Shown here: piece after piece, positions 49,719 to 61,884 of the stretch
Layout: each line of letters begins with the position of its first letter
Numbering within the stretch: the first letter of the stretch is position 1
Assembly (NCBI RefSeq): GCF_018977255.1
Contig: NW_024704746.1
Location: 28,148,001-28,212,000, forward strand
DNA length: 64,000 bases
DNA from: Callorhinchus milii
Lineage: Eukaryota
Direction of reading: 5' to 3'
Translations under genes and position numbers: made by a program
The notes under the pieces: generated by a model
The model's input: the letters and a program-made list of their open reading frames with translations, nothing else
What the model was told of the DNA's origin: nothing
Database searches by the model: none

Positions 49719-49802
49719 CTGAGCTCTACGATCAAACCTATCAGGCTGACTTTTTGTTGCATCCTCCTGGTTCCCACCCTCCCTTTCAATGCCTTTTTCA
49801 TA
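49719..49802 (-). other. Exon-like segment (84 nt, phase 0-0), gene unidentified
   Basis: TTTTAG|TAT...CAG|GTAAGC with open frame YEKGIEREGGNQEDATKSQPDRFDRRAQ; polypyrimidine tract is weak. Confidence 0.3.
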
Positions 49803-49839
49803 CTAAAATGTCAAGTTGAAAATATTTTATTTAGCGTGC

Positions 49840-49952
49840 TTTCGCCCACATAATACACAGTCAATTCACTTTACAGGATATTCTGTGAAGCGCTTTGAGA
49901 TGTCTCAACGATGTAATAAGTCATTATATATAACAAATGCAAGGATTATTAT
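49840..49952 (+). mobile_element. SINE tail fragment
   Basis: TTTCGCCCACA...CTGTGAAGCGCTTTGAG...AAATGCAAGGATTATTATT. Confidence 0.88.
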
Positions 49953-50244
49953 TTTTCTTTCTAATGACCTTCGCCATACATTTAGCAGGTTTGTATAATT
50001 ATTTTCACAACTGCCTGCTTTCAAATTTGCTTTTCTATTTTTTTAAAAATGCAATGAGTCCAACTGTTATGTTTTCTAATGTTCATTAATGAGTGTCATT
50101 AGTGAATGTTGGCTGGAAACTCCGTTATCCATTGACTCTGACCTCTTCCCACCAGCTGCCGCAAATGCACACAACCAGCAGAGGGTGTTGAAGGGGAACC
50201 TGGAGCGGGAACCCTGGCTGTTTTTACCCTTCCTAACCTTGGAA

Positions 50245-50368
50245 TGGGGGCAATTTACACGACTCATGAAACTAAGATGGGCAAATTCACCACAGACCAG
50301 GATTCAAACCAGCTATCTCCTGCGTCTGTAAACCGCAGCTCTAACCATGACGCTCTCGGTGCAGCCCC
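50245..50368 (-). mobile_element. Different tRNA-derived SINE head (possibly V-SINE/HE1-like)
   Basis: Reverse strand has A-box-like CATGGTTAGAGC, B-box-like GGTTTGAATCC and TGTAAATTGCCCC. Confidence 0.4.
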
Positions 50369-50544
50369 TAAAATAAAGCTGCTTTTTTTCAGTGATTGAA
50401 AGCTCAAGTACTGATGAATAGAGAAACTTAGGGGAAATGCCATTGTGTGTTGCATCAACATGACACTATTGTTACAAAGATGGTTCCTACGTCTTTCAGA
50501 TACTCAACTTCTGCAGAAAGAATACACAAATCTACAAAAAGAAA

Positions 50545-50640
50545 TACAAAATACACAGTCAAATCACTACAGTATATCCTGTGACGCGCTTTGAGACGTC
50601 TCAACGACATGATATGAGATGAGATGCAAGGATTATTATT
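50545..50640 (+). mobile_element. SINE tail fragment
   Basis: ACAGTATATCCTGTGACGCGCTTTGAGACGTCTC...GATGCAAGGATTATT. Confidence 0.85.
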
Positions 50641-52233
50641 AATTACTAAAGGTAATGGTTTCCTTAATCCGAAGAGGCTTCAGAAAAATAAATGACCAAC
50701 TTTGTTTTAAAAAATGAATTGGTTACAATTTTGGACAAAGTCAGAATGTCATCTTTCTTTAAAAGAGACCATTACTACTTGGAAAGCTACTGTCAACATA
50801 AAGCAATTACTTTATCTTCTTATGTATTCCACAGTGTTTTCGTTTTCAACACATCCAGTTCTCATCTGCTTGCAAGAAAAGCCACTTCACTGAGCTCTGC
50901 AGAGAAGCCTTAAAAATGGTAGCTATTCTCTAAGGATAGGACTATGTTCAAAACTAAATGCTGTGGATATATAAAGGGGTAAGTAATTTATATTGTCAGT
51001 ACTTTTCCCTACAGTAACATTAATTAGCTAACAAAAATTAATAATTGGCAGAAACCTTCTGAGTATGCTATCAATCAAGCTATATTACTTCGAGACATGG
51101 TCATTCAGTGCAATATTTATAAAAAAGACAATTTCGAATGAAAAGAAGGAGTAGACTTTTGCGAAGGGGGAAGAAAAAAAGAGACAGGAACGCGTCAGGT
51201 GCAATAAATTCAACGGGAAACATTTCCCACATTGATAAAAGGCAGAAATGATGGTTCAGACGTGGAACACGAAACTTATGACAATAAGTCGAAAGAAACC
51301 CAATCGCACTGAGTGGAGAGAAAGCAGAGACAGGCAGCTGATAGAGAAGGAGATGAATTCAGACAATGTTGGAGGATACATGTTATCCTGTGGTTGTTTG
51401 TGTTTTGCAGACAGTCGCCCTATGTTACTGGTCTGGCTGACAGGGGCATTGATAACTGCGTGTAACTGTGCAACTGAACACTGTCGTGCATTTTACATGG
51501 CATTTATCCCAGAATGGAGTCAGGCTGTCTATCCATTATCAGTCCAGAATGAAAGCACCTAAGTCTAATTTGAATGTAGGACTTGGGAACGGCGAGTACT
51601 GCATATCACTTTATTGGCATATCATATTGACTTTCTGATAATGTTCTGAAGCTTGCTGGGCAAGCAAGAGAATGGGGCTTTTGGGTACAAATTGTGGCGT
51701 CAATATTCAACCAGCAAGATCAATTTTTTTTTTAACTTTTTACTAGTAACAGAAGAAACAGAAACGCCATGCAGTAATCTGCCACGTATTGCTTCTCCCG
51801 AAGTTGCATAAGAAATGAACAAAGCGCAAAAATTTCTCATATAAAATCAGGCTTTCTATATATGAAGAAATAAGTGCAGCTTTTAACTCTGTCTTTGTGC
51901 CGTCTCTTTGTTGTGCTGACACACACATTGCACAATGTGCCTTAGCACATATTTTGTCTGCAGTCTAATGGAGGTTTGATATTCTACCTGGATTAATGCA
52001 ATCTGTGTTCAAGGATCTTCTAATTGCTAATTGTTTGTAAAATGTTTTTTATGCTGCAAACAATGAACTGCAAATCTGCCAATCAGCAAGTGCAAGACTT
52101 AGGTTCCCAGAAACAAACATTTTGGTTAAAACTATGCCTGGATTCCTGGATTTTGCTGGTTTGAAGCTTAATTGTGATATAAAAACCTTGGAAAATGTCA
52201 GCTGGATTTGAGAAACATACACGTGACAGTCGT

Positions 52234-52385
52234 CTCAATCCACGACTGTTTGTAGGACACTGCTGTGCGCAATTGGCTGCCATGTTTCGTCTACAGTCAA
52301 TCCACTTTACAGTTTATTCTGTGAAGCCCTTTGAGACGTCTCAACCACATGATCAGGCGCTGTATCAAATACAAGAATTATTATT
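52234..52385 (+). mobile_element. SINE, 5'-truncated
   Basis: Core CTCAATCCACGACTGTTTGTAGGACACTGCTGTGCGCAATTGG and tail. Confidence 0.9.
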
Positions 52386-52462
52386 AATGCACGCGATTGC
52401 AGGAAAAATGAATGCAGTTTTGCCATTTGTTTGTTATAACCAGGATGGCATTAAGGATCACT

Positions 52463-52784
52463 TAATAATAATAATAATCCTTGCATTTGATATAGCGCTT
52501 TTCACGTCGGGAGGACGTCCCAAAGCGCTTCACAGAATATACTGTAAAGTGAATTGACTGTATATTTGTGGGCGAACGCGGCAGCCAATTGCACACAGCA
52601 ATGTCCCACAAACAGTCGTGGATTGAAAATGACCAATTTATTATTGTTTTTGTTTTTGGAGGGATTATTATTAGGCTCTGTGTGGAGTAAGGAAACTTGC
52701 CCAAGGTTTCGCTCTCTGCCTGGAACTGAACCCAGGTCTCTCGCTTGCAAAGCGAGTGCTCTAACCACTGAGCTACAGGACTCC
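52463..52784 (-). mobile_element. Full-length young SINE, short subfamily
   Basis: Complete head to tail with CpGs largely intact; ACTT on both flanks may be a short target-site duplication. Confidence 0.96.
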
Positions 52785-55051
52785 ACTTGGGATTGGGTTG
52801 AACAGTGGTCCACGATGCTGTGAGAAAAATCAAGCGCAGACTGTGATTAGAGAAAACGTGCCAATATTTTAAGTAAAAAGGAGGTTAAGCAAATGTGAAA
52901 AGGTGTGTGGACAGTGATACCCACCACCAAGAGGGCATTTGTCTCACCACTCAATTGAAATCCCTACAGAGAATAAGCAAGATGATGCAGAAGGGGATAT
53001 ACTCACTTGCCTCCCAGTGATGAATTCCACTTTTAAACGTATGTGCCACTCAGATTATAGTCTATAACACTTGCTTATTAAATCCCACAAAAGAAAACTC
53101 CAGTTAATGAGCAATATGTAGGCATTTAAGCGTGCACATCTTTCCTAAATTCACATTCCCAACACTAGCACAGTCCATCTTTGGTTAAAACTAGCAAAAA
53201 ATGTTTTTTTTTTTTGGTTTAGTCCTTTTAAACTTCACCTCATCGTCTATTGCACAGCGGGATGAGGCAACCAGTGAGGCAGGACGGACCGATCTTTAAA
53301 TCGCTTGTTTGTAAATGCATTTATAATTCACACCAATTTGTACTTGAGGCAAAAAAAATGCAATCCAGCGGGTTTCAGAATGGCAGACAATGTAATAGTA
53401 AGCCTTGACATGTGGCGCACAAGCACAGACTACTTTTGAGGCAAACAGAAAACGAATTTAGCACTTAGCCAGGAAAGATAAAGATTATAAGCAGCTTTAC
53501 ACTCAAAACAAACCATAATCTTTACTTCTTTCATCCTGCTCCCTCAATTATTATATCACCCGAAAGCATATATTCATGTTTCGCACTCAGCCACTCTATG
53601 CACAGGAAGTGGTGTTCAGATGACTTCTTGTAAACCTGTAATTTTACAGCATTTGACATAAAGTGACATAATTTATATCATCACGTTAAAACGTGAGTGC
53701 CCCAATAGGTGCACAATGATCATGCGACATCATCCCTGCCAGCAAGTGACTTTACATCCACTGTGCCTCTGTGCTTGAACGTGAACCATTAGGGACAGTG
53801 CTGTCTGACATTATATCTTCAGGTTATCATTATAATTTTTACCAGATCGATTCCTCTCGACCACAATGATGCTTTGGGGCATCTGTCACTGTTAGGAAGT
53901 GATTGACCAATGGGTATCATTAGAAATGGTACTCTTTCTGTTTCTCAGGCTCCCTGTCTCCTGTGACCTTTCACATAGGAACCAGCTGGAGCTGGAAGAT
54001 ATTTAATTGAATGGAGTCTTCAGATGTGTTTTGGTTTTGGAGGGGGTGAGCGCAAGATGCTGCAGTAGGAAAAAAAAACTTTCTATGACCTTCAAAGCCT
54101 AATTGATAGGCTTTTCATAGACCTTGTTTGAGATTTGCTTCTGGTCCCTGTTGTTCTGTAGACCCTCAGAACTCCAGGAGAGGCACGGAGTCAACAGTAG
54201 GAAGCAGGTCCCGAGTGACTTAAGAGCAATCAATACCAGCCAGCAGTGATGGTGAGCAATAGTCACTCACTACCTTTCTGAAGCTGCATTAACAGGCAGA
54301 ACTCATCCTAATTTCCCAGGCCTCTCTCATTAATCTGAGCAAAAAAGACATGAGATGCATCGAGCAACACTTCTAAAAAAAAATGTAGTTCAGCTGAGTT
54401 AGAGAGAGAAGAAAAAAAATCGAAGTATGCAGCCGGCAGCAGAAATCAAACTACTTCCCCCATGTTTGTTTAGGTTTTATTTTCAAAATAAGATACCCTT
54501 ATGGAATAAACAGATTACGGGTGGTTTCGAGAAGAGACAAAAGGCTTCCACAAATCTCCGCTGAATTAAATATGTGACAGGGGAGATGGAATGAAGGAAG
54601 CTCATCCCTTATTGTCTTTGAGAGCAATTTAATTAGGCATTAGCCCCATGTGTACAGGGGGAGTCTCTGGGCTGCTTTCTAGTTTCTCTGAAGGATGTGG
54701 CCTTGGACACACAGAAAGGATTTTTAAAGGATCATGTAAGAAGATCAACAGATAAGCAGCTAATTCTGTGTACTTAGGGAGCAAATGATTGAGTGCACTC
54801 CCCCTGGAATACTCCGGCTGATGGGATGAAAAGAGGAGGGTAGAAAGATCTTAAAGTATTTCGGCATTAATGCTGATCACTAAAATTAAAGATTTATACT
54901 GTTTGATAGGGTTTCCAGACTGCAGCCGGGCACAGAGTTTTTTTTTAAAAAAAAGGATTTCTTTTGAGCTCGGCCCATTTCAGAAATTTTCATCAGAAAC
55001 CACTTTTGAACTAATTGGAGTCTGTGGATAGGAAACCTCATTTTTGGTTCA

Positions 55052-55183
55052 NNNNNNNNNNNNNNNNNNNNNNNNNNNNNNNNNNNNNNNNNNNNNNNNN
55101 NNNNNNNNNNNNNNNNNNNNNNNNNNNNNNNNNNNNNNNNNNNNNNNNNNNNNNNNNNNNNNNNNNNNNNNNNNNNNNNNNNN
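55052..55183. other. Assembly gap
   Basis: Run of N. Confidence 1.
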
Positions 55184-55319
55184 CATCTGATAGAAATGTC
55201 CTACTTTGAAAGGAGAAGTCCATCAGCCCGAGGGAGATGGTAGAAAGAACGAATATTTTTTTTTAATCTACAGCTGCACCTTTTGCTACATGTGCAACAA
55301 ATACAGATTTTTTTTCTCT

Positions 55320-55615
55320 CTCTGCAAACGATTAATTGGAAGCAGCAATCAGTTTACTGGCTGATTAATGGGGTGACAAGACATATCAAATATTTAATAT
55401 ATTGTATTGATATTAGCTGATGATGTATTATTTGACTGGTCACAACACAGCGGAAGCCATTAAAATGCAGCAGAACAGCGAAAGCACGCAGTTTTATGTT
55501 TTTTGAGTGTCCGTTAGCTGTGCACTGAAAAGACACATAAATACAAGTTACATATGAATTTTTATACTGCTGGCAGCAAATTTTTGATTGACTTCATTCA
55601 CATGCTTTCATGGGT
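55320..55615. promoter_or_regulatory. Candidate Pbx-Hox/Meis enhancer
   Basis: TTAATTG near 55332, TGATTAATGG 55362-55371, TGACAA 55374 and TGATTGAC 55585-55592 in repeat-free sequence. Confidence 0.45.
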
Positions 55616-55996
55616 ATGTCCCAGTGTATAAAGAATAATGTACACACATTCTTAGTTTTCTCCACTTTTCGCTTTCAGTCTCTTCTAGATGGTACGAACT
55701 CCAATTTTCTGCATGAATACAGTCAGTGTGACTGTGGAATTAACCTGGAGGAGGAGCAATTTGAATAGGATGAACCAGACAAGCCTTTTTCCCTCCCCCA
55801 CAAGATGGAACCTTTCACTTCATTAAAACCATCTCGCGACAATCCAGAATTGTTTAACCCCGACACGCTGAACCATCCATGACTGAGTCACAAACAGACC
55901 AGTGCTCACATCTCCAGCTATCTGGTTCAGGGTCCACCACTCAAGCCTCTTAAACTTTTGATCTGTACCATTGAGTAGAGAACAGCAGATGGTTTC

Positions 55997-56040
55997 TAAT
56001 AATCCTTGCATTTGATATAGCGCCTTATCACGTCTTCTAG
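55997..56040 (-). mobile_element. SINE/L2 tail fragment
   Basis: TAATAATCCTTGCATTTGATATAGCGCCTTATCACGTCTTCTAG. Confidence 0.85.
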
Positions 56041-56167
56041 CTTTGATGATTTATCAGCCACAACTCCTATTTTTCCTCTCTCCTGCCCTCTTCCTCTGGC
56101 TCCTCTTATTTTGTCATTCCTGACCCACCCACCTCTATTTTCCAACCTTTGATGACACAATCCATGA

Positions 56168-56186
56168 GTGTGTGTGTGTGTGTGTG
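56168..56186. repeat. (GT)n microsatellite
   Basis: About 9 GT units. Confidence 0.95.
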
Positions 56187-56519
56187 ATCTTGCTGCTGTA
56201 ATAACTATACACCACTTATAGATATGTGCCCGCAGTTACTGACAACCAACCTCTGAAACATCAGGAAAAAACTACTCAGTGGGATTCTCAGTCCTTACAA
56301 CTTAAGGGAGAATGAATTATGTTTGCCAGCAAATACCTAAGCAAAGATACACCCCACAAACATCCACTTGGGGGTGGGGGTGGGGGGGGAGAGCAAAAGG
56401 AGGATGGTGACCTTGATCCATAGGAACAGGAGTAGGCTATTCAGCCTCTGAAGCCTATTCCGCCTTTCTATTAGATCAGGGCAGTCCTCCATTCTATTAT
56501 ATCGTGGCGATCCCCTTGA

Positions 56520-56779
56520 TATTATTTCCTTTAGTCAACAGTCAATCGGAACCAGGTTGTTGATGGCAGATCGATTTTCCGGGTGTAATAATCCCTTCAA
56601 AAAAATAATAATATAGTTAATCCACCAGTGTTTGTGGGACATTGCTGTGTGCAATTAGCTGCCTTGTTTGACCCACAAAACATACAGTCAATTCACTTTA
56701 CGGTATATTCTGTGAAGCGCTTTGAGACATCTCAAATATGTAATAAGGCGCTATGTCAAATGGAAGGATTATTATTATT
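56520..56779 (+). mobile_element. SINE, long subfamily, 5'-truncated
   Basis: GGAACCAGGTTGTT middle block, core and tail. Confidence 0.88.
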
Positions 56780-56794
56780 CGTGCCTAATTGCAT

Positions 56795-57066
56795 TCAAGC
56801 CTGATCCTGTCTTCATCCATCATCTGCAAACGTACCCCTTTCAGCAAGGATTACTGGATAATTATCAGTAGCAAACACCCTAACTATACACACCTCCTTT
56901 CCCCATTAACGCCCAACCCCCCCAAGGCAGTAGCAGCCTTACTACTGTCTGAGTTGAGAGGTTGAGATCAGAAACTCTTGACACAATTTGTGAATGAAAC
57001 CTGAGACCTTCCTGATCTGTGCAGTTCAATATTTCTCCACAACACCTTTATCCATTGAGCCACTAG
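56795..57066 (-). mobile_element. Old AmnSINE2-like element
   Basis: CAAGCCTGATCCTGTCTTCATCC...TTTCAGCAAGGATTACTGGATA...GGTTGAGATCAG...GACCTTCCTGATCTGTG...CCATTGAGCCAC; reverse homolog of 28295-28485 plus a head. Confidence 0.6.
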
Positions 57067-58419
57067 CAAAGCCCCGCTGGACTTTTTAGTACCTAAATTA
57101 TCAACCAATATTCAGACATTCTCGATCAATTCCCCAGTCGGCTCAACAAAATAGCAGCTAAAATACCCGATGCCGCCTTTTCATCAACTAATCCAGTGTT
57201 ATTCATTAAACCATCAAAACTCACTGACAAACATGTCAATAGCAGATTTGTCGACTTCCTGTGCGCAGTAAAACGTTTCCTGTTCATTTCACTGTTGTGT
57301 TTCTGAGAGGACATTATTGTGTTAGCAAAGTGAGTGCAATTGGATAAAGCAGAGGGAAGATTCAGCCTCGAACTCCATTTGCCAGTAAACAATGAGATCA
57401 TTTTAAAAGCTTCATTACAGCAATGTTTCGATATAGCAGTATATTTGTCTTGACTTACCTAACGTGGGATAATTATGTTTTATTAATCCGAGTGAGAATG
57501 AATCTACAAAATATTGAAGCACTGTGCCTTGAAGCCTGTGAATTATTTTAACTGGCCACATGAATGACATTAAATTTGACCTTTCAGGTAATCCGCCTAA
57601 TCCTTTAATCCCTTTTGTAACCTATGCATCTCATTTGCTGCGCTTGACATTTTATTTTCACTGGTTCTAATATGGCTGACTTGAAACCATACTTTATCAA
57701 ATGTACATGATAACCAACAGAAAACAACAGAATCCACAGCTTGTTCTATGAATGAGCAAGACTTCACTATCCATGAGTAACAGTGATATACGTTCAGGTT
57801 ACATGATACATTGCACGAAATCAACCCAAATATTTACATACAGTATATGTGCTTTTTGTGAGAATCTTTCTGCAACGTTATATGAAACAGTAAAACAGTA
57901 ATGCTGCCTTCGTGGGACTGGGTGTGAGGCTGGTTGTAGTTAATGAATTAGCATTTCGCAGTGCCAAAGAATCACTTGATTAGAGACCTTTTTCAAATTA
58001 AAACACAACATATGCTACTGATTTAGGGGAAAGAAGTTGCTTAAATTCAAGAAAATTGATGCATAAATGAACAGAACAAAAAATTAGCCATTTTTCCATG
58101 AAGTAGGAATTTCTTAGCCATCTATTGCTGTACAAACTTTGTGATAGTATTGAACTATCAAGAGCTGAAAGTGAGCCATACATTAATGTCACTCACTGAC
58201 ATACTTCACCCACTTCATCAATAGATACAGAATACACATAACATTACTTATTGTTTTGAAGCGGTTATTTTATTTAACCTGGAGAAAGGAATAGAAGGGT
58301 ATGGGAGAGGGGATTAGGAGGGGTTGGGGTTTGTGCAAGAGCATAATCACTGGCACAGTTGACAGAAAAGACCGTTTCACACTGTAAAGTTCTGTATAAC
58401 TCTGTGTATTGTCAATTGT

Positions 58420-58630
58420 ACTGTTTTCATAGGGAACCACAGCAACAATTTGCACCAGTAAGGCTCCAGAAACAGTCTTGAAGTGAAGGATCAATTAATC
58501 TGGTGGATTGTTGGCCAGAACATCAGGAGAAATTCCTTTTTGTGTTTGAACTACTGTCGAGAGAATTTTAACATCCACCTGAAGAGGCAGATGGAGCCTT
58601 GGCATAATATTTCATTCAGAAGACACCAAC
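58420..58630 (-). mobile_element. Old DeuSINE fragment
   Basis: TTGTTGGCCAGAACATCAGGAGAAATTCC...AACATCCACCTGAAGAGGCAGATGGAGCCTTGG. Confidence 0.8.
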
Positions 58631-59337
58631 GTTAGGATTGAGATCAGTAATACAAGATTTTTGTTTCTTCAACAGAAATAATTAGGGAGAAAATCGGGAT
58701 TTTTTTTATTCGAAGCAGAAAACAGGTATTGACAGGAACAGAGAGCTTTACTACCTAGAGTGGAACTGAATGATATCGATTTAAAGTACAACTGAAATAA
58801 TTTCCACTGTACGTGTTCAACAACAAATTGTATATATACACCGTATTGCCTTTCACTTTGAATCTAAAGCTATTATATTATTATTCTTAATATTACTCAG
58901 CCATAACCTTAAAAAAAACTTAAATGATATTGCGGTACAGATCATTCATTAACATCAGTGCTCGATTTGAACAGAGTCCATAAATGAGGCATCAATGGAT
59001 TCTCAAATTAAACACATTTGAAGTCTGGCTATGATGTTACGAAGGCAATGCAGTTCTGTTGGGTAATTGGTTTGAAGTGGCAAAAATCTAAGATTAAATG
59101 GAGTGATTTGGGATCATTGATCTGTGCTTCTTATTCTTTTTTTTGGGTGGGTGGTCAGCTGGGTGTCTGACACGTGTGGAAACCCATCACCGTGCTTACG
59201 AATATCCAAACCAAACAGAGAATCCCATGCATTCCCACCTACACATGGAAATTCCAGAGATAGTTTGTTGGAATGGAAAGCGCATTCTAAAGTATGCGGA
59301 GCTGGATCAGAGTGTGCAACGCACTTTGTTAAAACAT

Positions 59338-59490
59338 AGCAACAGCAACAACAACGTGCATTTATGTAGCACTTTTCATACGGGTAGCTTCTCAGAGTGC
59401 TTAACAGCCCTGGTGTTTTGGAAAGAGAAGGGAGATGACTAAAGGCATGGTCAAAGAGGATAGGATCGTAAGGTTTGAGAAAGGTTATTT
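59338..59490 (-). mobile_element. L2 3' fragment
   Basis: CAACAACAACGTGCATTTATGTAGCACTTTTCA...GACTAAAGGCATGGTCAAAGAGGA. Confidence 0.75.
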
Positions 59491-60224
59491 GGCTATTTGT
59501 TACCCACCACAGACAAAAAAAAAGCATTTCCACACTTGGCCAAAGCAATACAAAAACAATCTGTCTAGTGAAGTATTTGTTCATCTCAATCTTTTTCCTA
59601 TCTGAACAACCTCTATTTCTGTTCCCCGATCTTTTTCCATTTATTTTATTGAAAGAATTGACCTGCGTAACATCAATTGCTTTTGCTGGAAAATTTTAAA
59701 GAACATACCGACGGGAGACATTTAATTGCCCTTAACACTGAATAAATGTCAGTGATTTGCATCCTATACTGCATCGATTTTATTTTAAGAACCATTTCCA
59801 CATTAATGTAATTTTGTTAGAAAGAGAAATGTACTGTGACTCAGGTGGATTCTCAATTGCCGTCTTTGCTGCGTTTTCCGAGGCTTTGCATGAAACACGA
59901 TATTCCAATGATTGAACCTTGGCTTCCAATTCCTATTGTTCATTTCTTGCAATGAACAGCATTGGAGGCAGAGCAGTTGACTAATAGGTCACCTTTCTGC
60001 ACCTGAGATTTTTGAGATGAAAATACTAATGCCAATTGGAAGTACATTTGTGTAAAAAAAAATGTAAATGACAAATAATCAGGGCTAATATGTGGTGATT
60101 CACGAAAGGGTTTCCAAGTATGTAATCCCGCACATACCCAGATTCACCTCATCCTAAACTGACAGAACTCCACTCAGATGGCAATCTCATTTCCAAATTC
60201 TGTGCCAAAGGAGAATTCTTCCAT

Positions 60225-60435
60225 TTCCCTTATGTGTAATCCCAGTGACCTCTCTGAGTGAGGCTGCCAAAGGAATGCCAGATCACAGGGATTTTTTTTA
60301 AAAACACACAGAAGGTCCACACCCACGAGCAACTAGTTTGAGACAATCCTATTTTACATTGAGTAATTCCAGTTAACACAGAGACAAAACCATCACTCTG
60401 AAAATTTAAACCCAGGTTCCATTGGTGAAAGGACA
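60225..60435 (-). mobile_element. Old LF-SINE-like fragment
   Basis: Reverse strand CCTTTCACCAATGGAACCTGGGTTTAAAT...GTCTCAAACTAGTTGCTCGTGGG...TGGCATTCCTTTGGCAGCCTCACTCAGAGAGGTCA. Confidence 0.65.
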
Positions 60436-60439
60436 ATAG

Positions 60440-60738
60440 AATAACAATAAAGCTTGCGTTTGACATAGCACCTTATCACATTGTTGAGACATCTCAAAGT
60501 GTGTTACAGAATACACTCTAAAGTGAATTGACTGTATATTTTGTGGGCGAAACGCAGCAGCCAATTGCGCACAGCAGCGTCCCACAAACAGTCGTGGATT
60601 GAGTGACCAAATTATTATTTTAAAGGGATTATTGCCCCCAGAAAGCAATCGCCAAACAACTAATAACCGGGTTCCTATTTACTGTTAGGCAAACAGAGGT
60701 GTGTGATAAGGCACTATATCAAATGCAAGGATTATTAC
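60440..60738 (-). mobile_element. Long-form SINE fused to an opposite-strand tail
   Basis: The reverse copy runs to AAACAGAGGTGTGTG (about 60705), then plus-strand GTGATAAGGCACTATATCAAATGCAAGGATTATTA follows. Confidence 0.85.
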
Positions 60739-61104
60739 GATTTGACTTTATGATTGATAGGATCAGTGTAAATGTTGTACAGTAGCAACCTTCAGTAACC
60801 TTTGAGAATAAGGGGAGCTGCGGTACTAATCTTTCAATATCTTCTTCACGGGCTACGAGGATACTGTCCACTTGTCATCAAACCAATCAATATACTAGCG
60901 GGGTCACAAATGGCATCTTGTAGATGCCTTTGAGAAAGAGTTGCAGTGCATTGACCTGTGAAACCCAAGCATACATCATTTAAATGCATGATTGGGGCAT
61001 TTGGGAGGTCATGAAAGAAATAAGTCATATTAAGGTGAATAGAGAAGGGCTCAATATAGGGAGGGATGTAAGGCATTAGTAATAGTGTGATGGGTTTATA
61101 GCAC

Positions 61105-61868
61105 TTAATAATGTTCCATTTGATATAGTGCTTTTCGTGTTAGGAGGAGGTCTCAAATTAGTGGCACTTCACATGATTTAACGTAAAATGGAGTGACTGT
61201 ATTTTGCAGATGAATGAGAACGAGAGTATGTGAGCTTTGAACTGTTGCTTTAAATATAGTTTTATTTTCAACCTAATTTTTCTAAAGTTCTTAAGAAACT
61301 TTTTCAACACTGTGTCCAAAAATAAAATCGGTCACGCACTCTATGGCTGTTTGAGACATTGCTGTGTGCAATTGGACTGTTGTGTTCACCTACAAATACA
61401 GTCTCTCCACTTCAAAGTAAATCCTGTGAAGTACTTTGAGGCATCCTCTTGATGTGAAATACAAGTATTATTAATAAATTATTAAATTCTGCAGGTTCAG
61501 GAAACACTGACTGTCCAGTACCTTGGGACATCCTCCCGATGTGAAAGGCGCTATACAAATGTAATTTTGTTGTTGTTGCTAAACAAATAGAGAAAATCTG
61601 AACCCAGGTGTAAATCCTCCCATTGGTTTTGTGACACAAAATTCCTATTTGTGCCATAGAAACCTTTTCTGCATTCTTCCACACTCTCAGGTGTGTTAAA
61701 CAGGATCAGATTGTTGCTTTATCTGCTGTTGCCTTGTATCCTCAGGTTGTTATCATGTCGATTGTCATAATTTCTGAGCAATAATAGCAATAATACTTGC
61801 ATCTGACACAGCGGCTTATCAAGTCTTTGAAACGTCTCAAAGCGCAATATATACAGTATATTCTGTAT
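61105..61868. mobile_element. Cluster of SINE/L2 tail fragments (61105-61215 -, 61325-61475 +, 61510-61578 +, 61780-61868 -)
   Basis: Each piece carries recognisable tail or core motifs, for example GTGAAAGGCGCTATACAAATGTAATTTTGTTGTTG. Confidence 0.8.
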
Positions 61869-61884
61869 AATGCCAGTTTCCATT

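Noticed and set aside
52921-52940. CTCF-like CCACCAAGAGGGCA
   Set aside because: An extra base disrupts the 5' half of the core.
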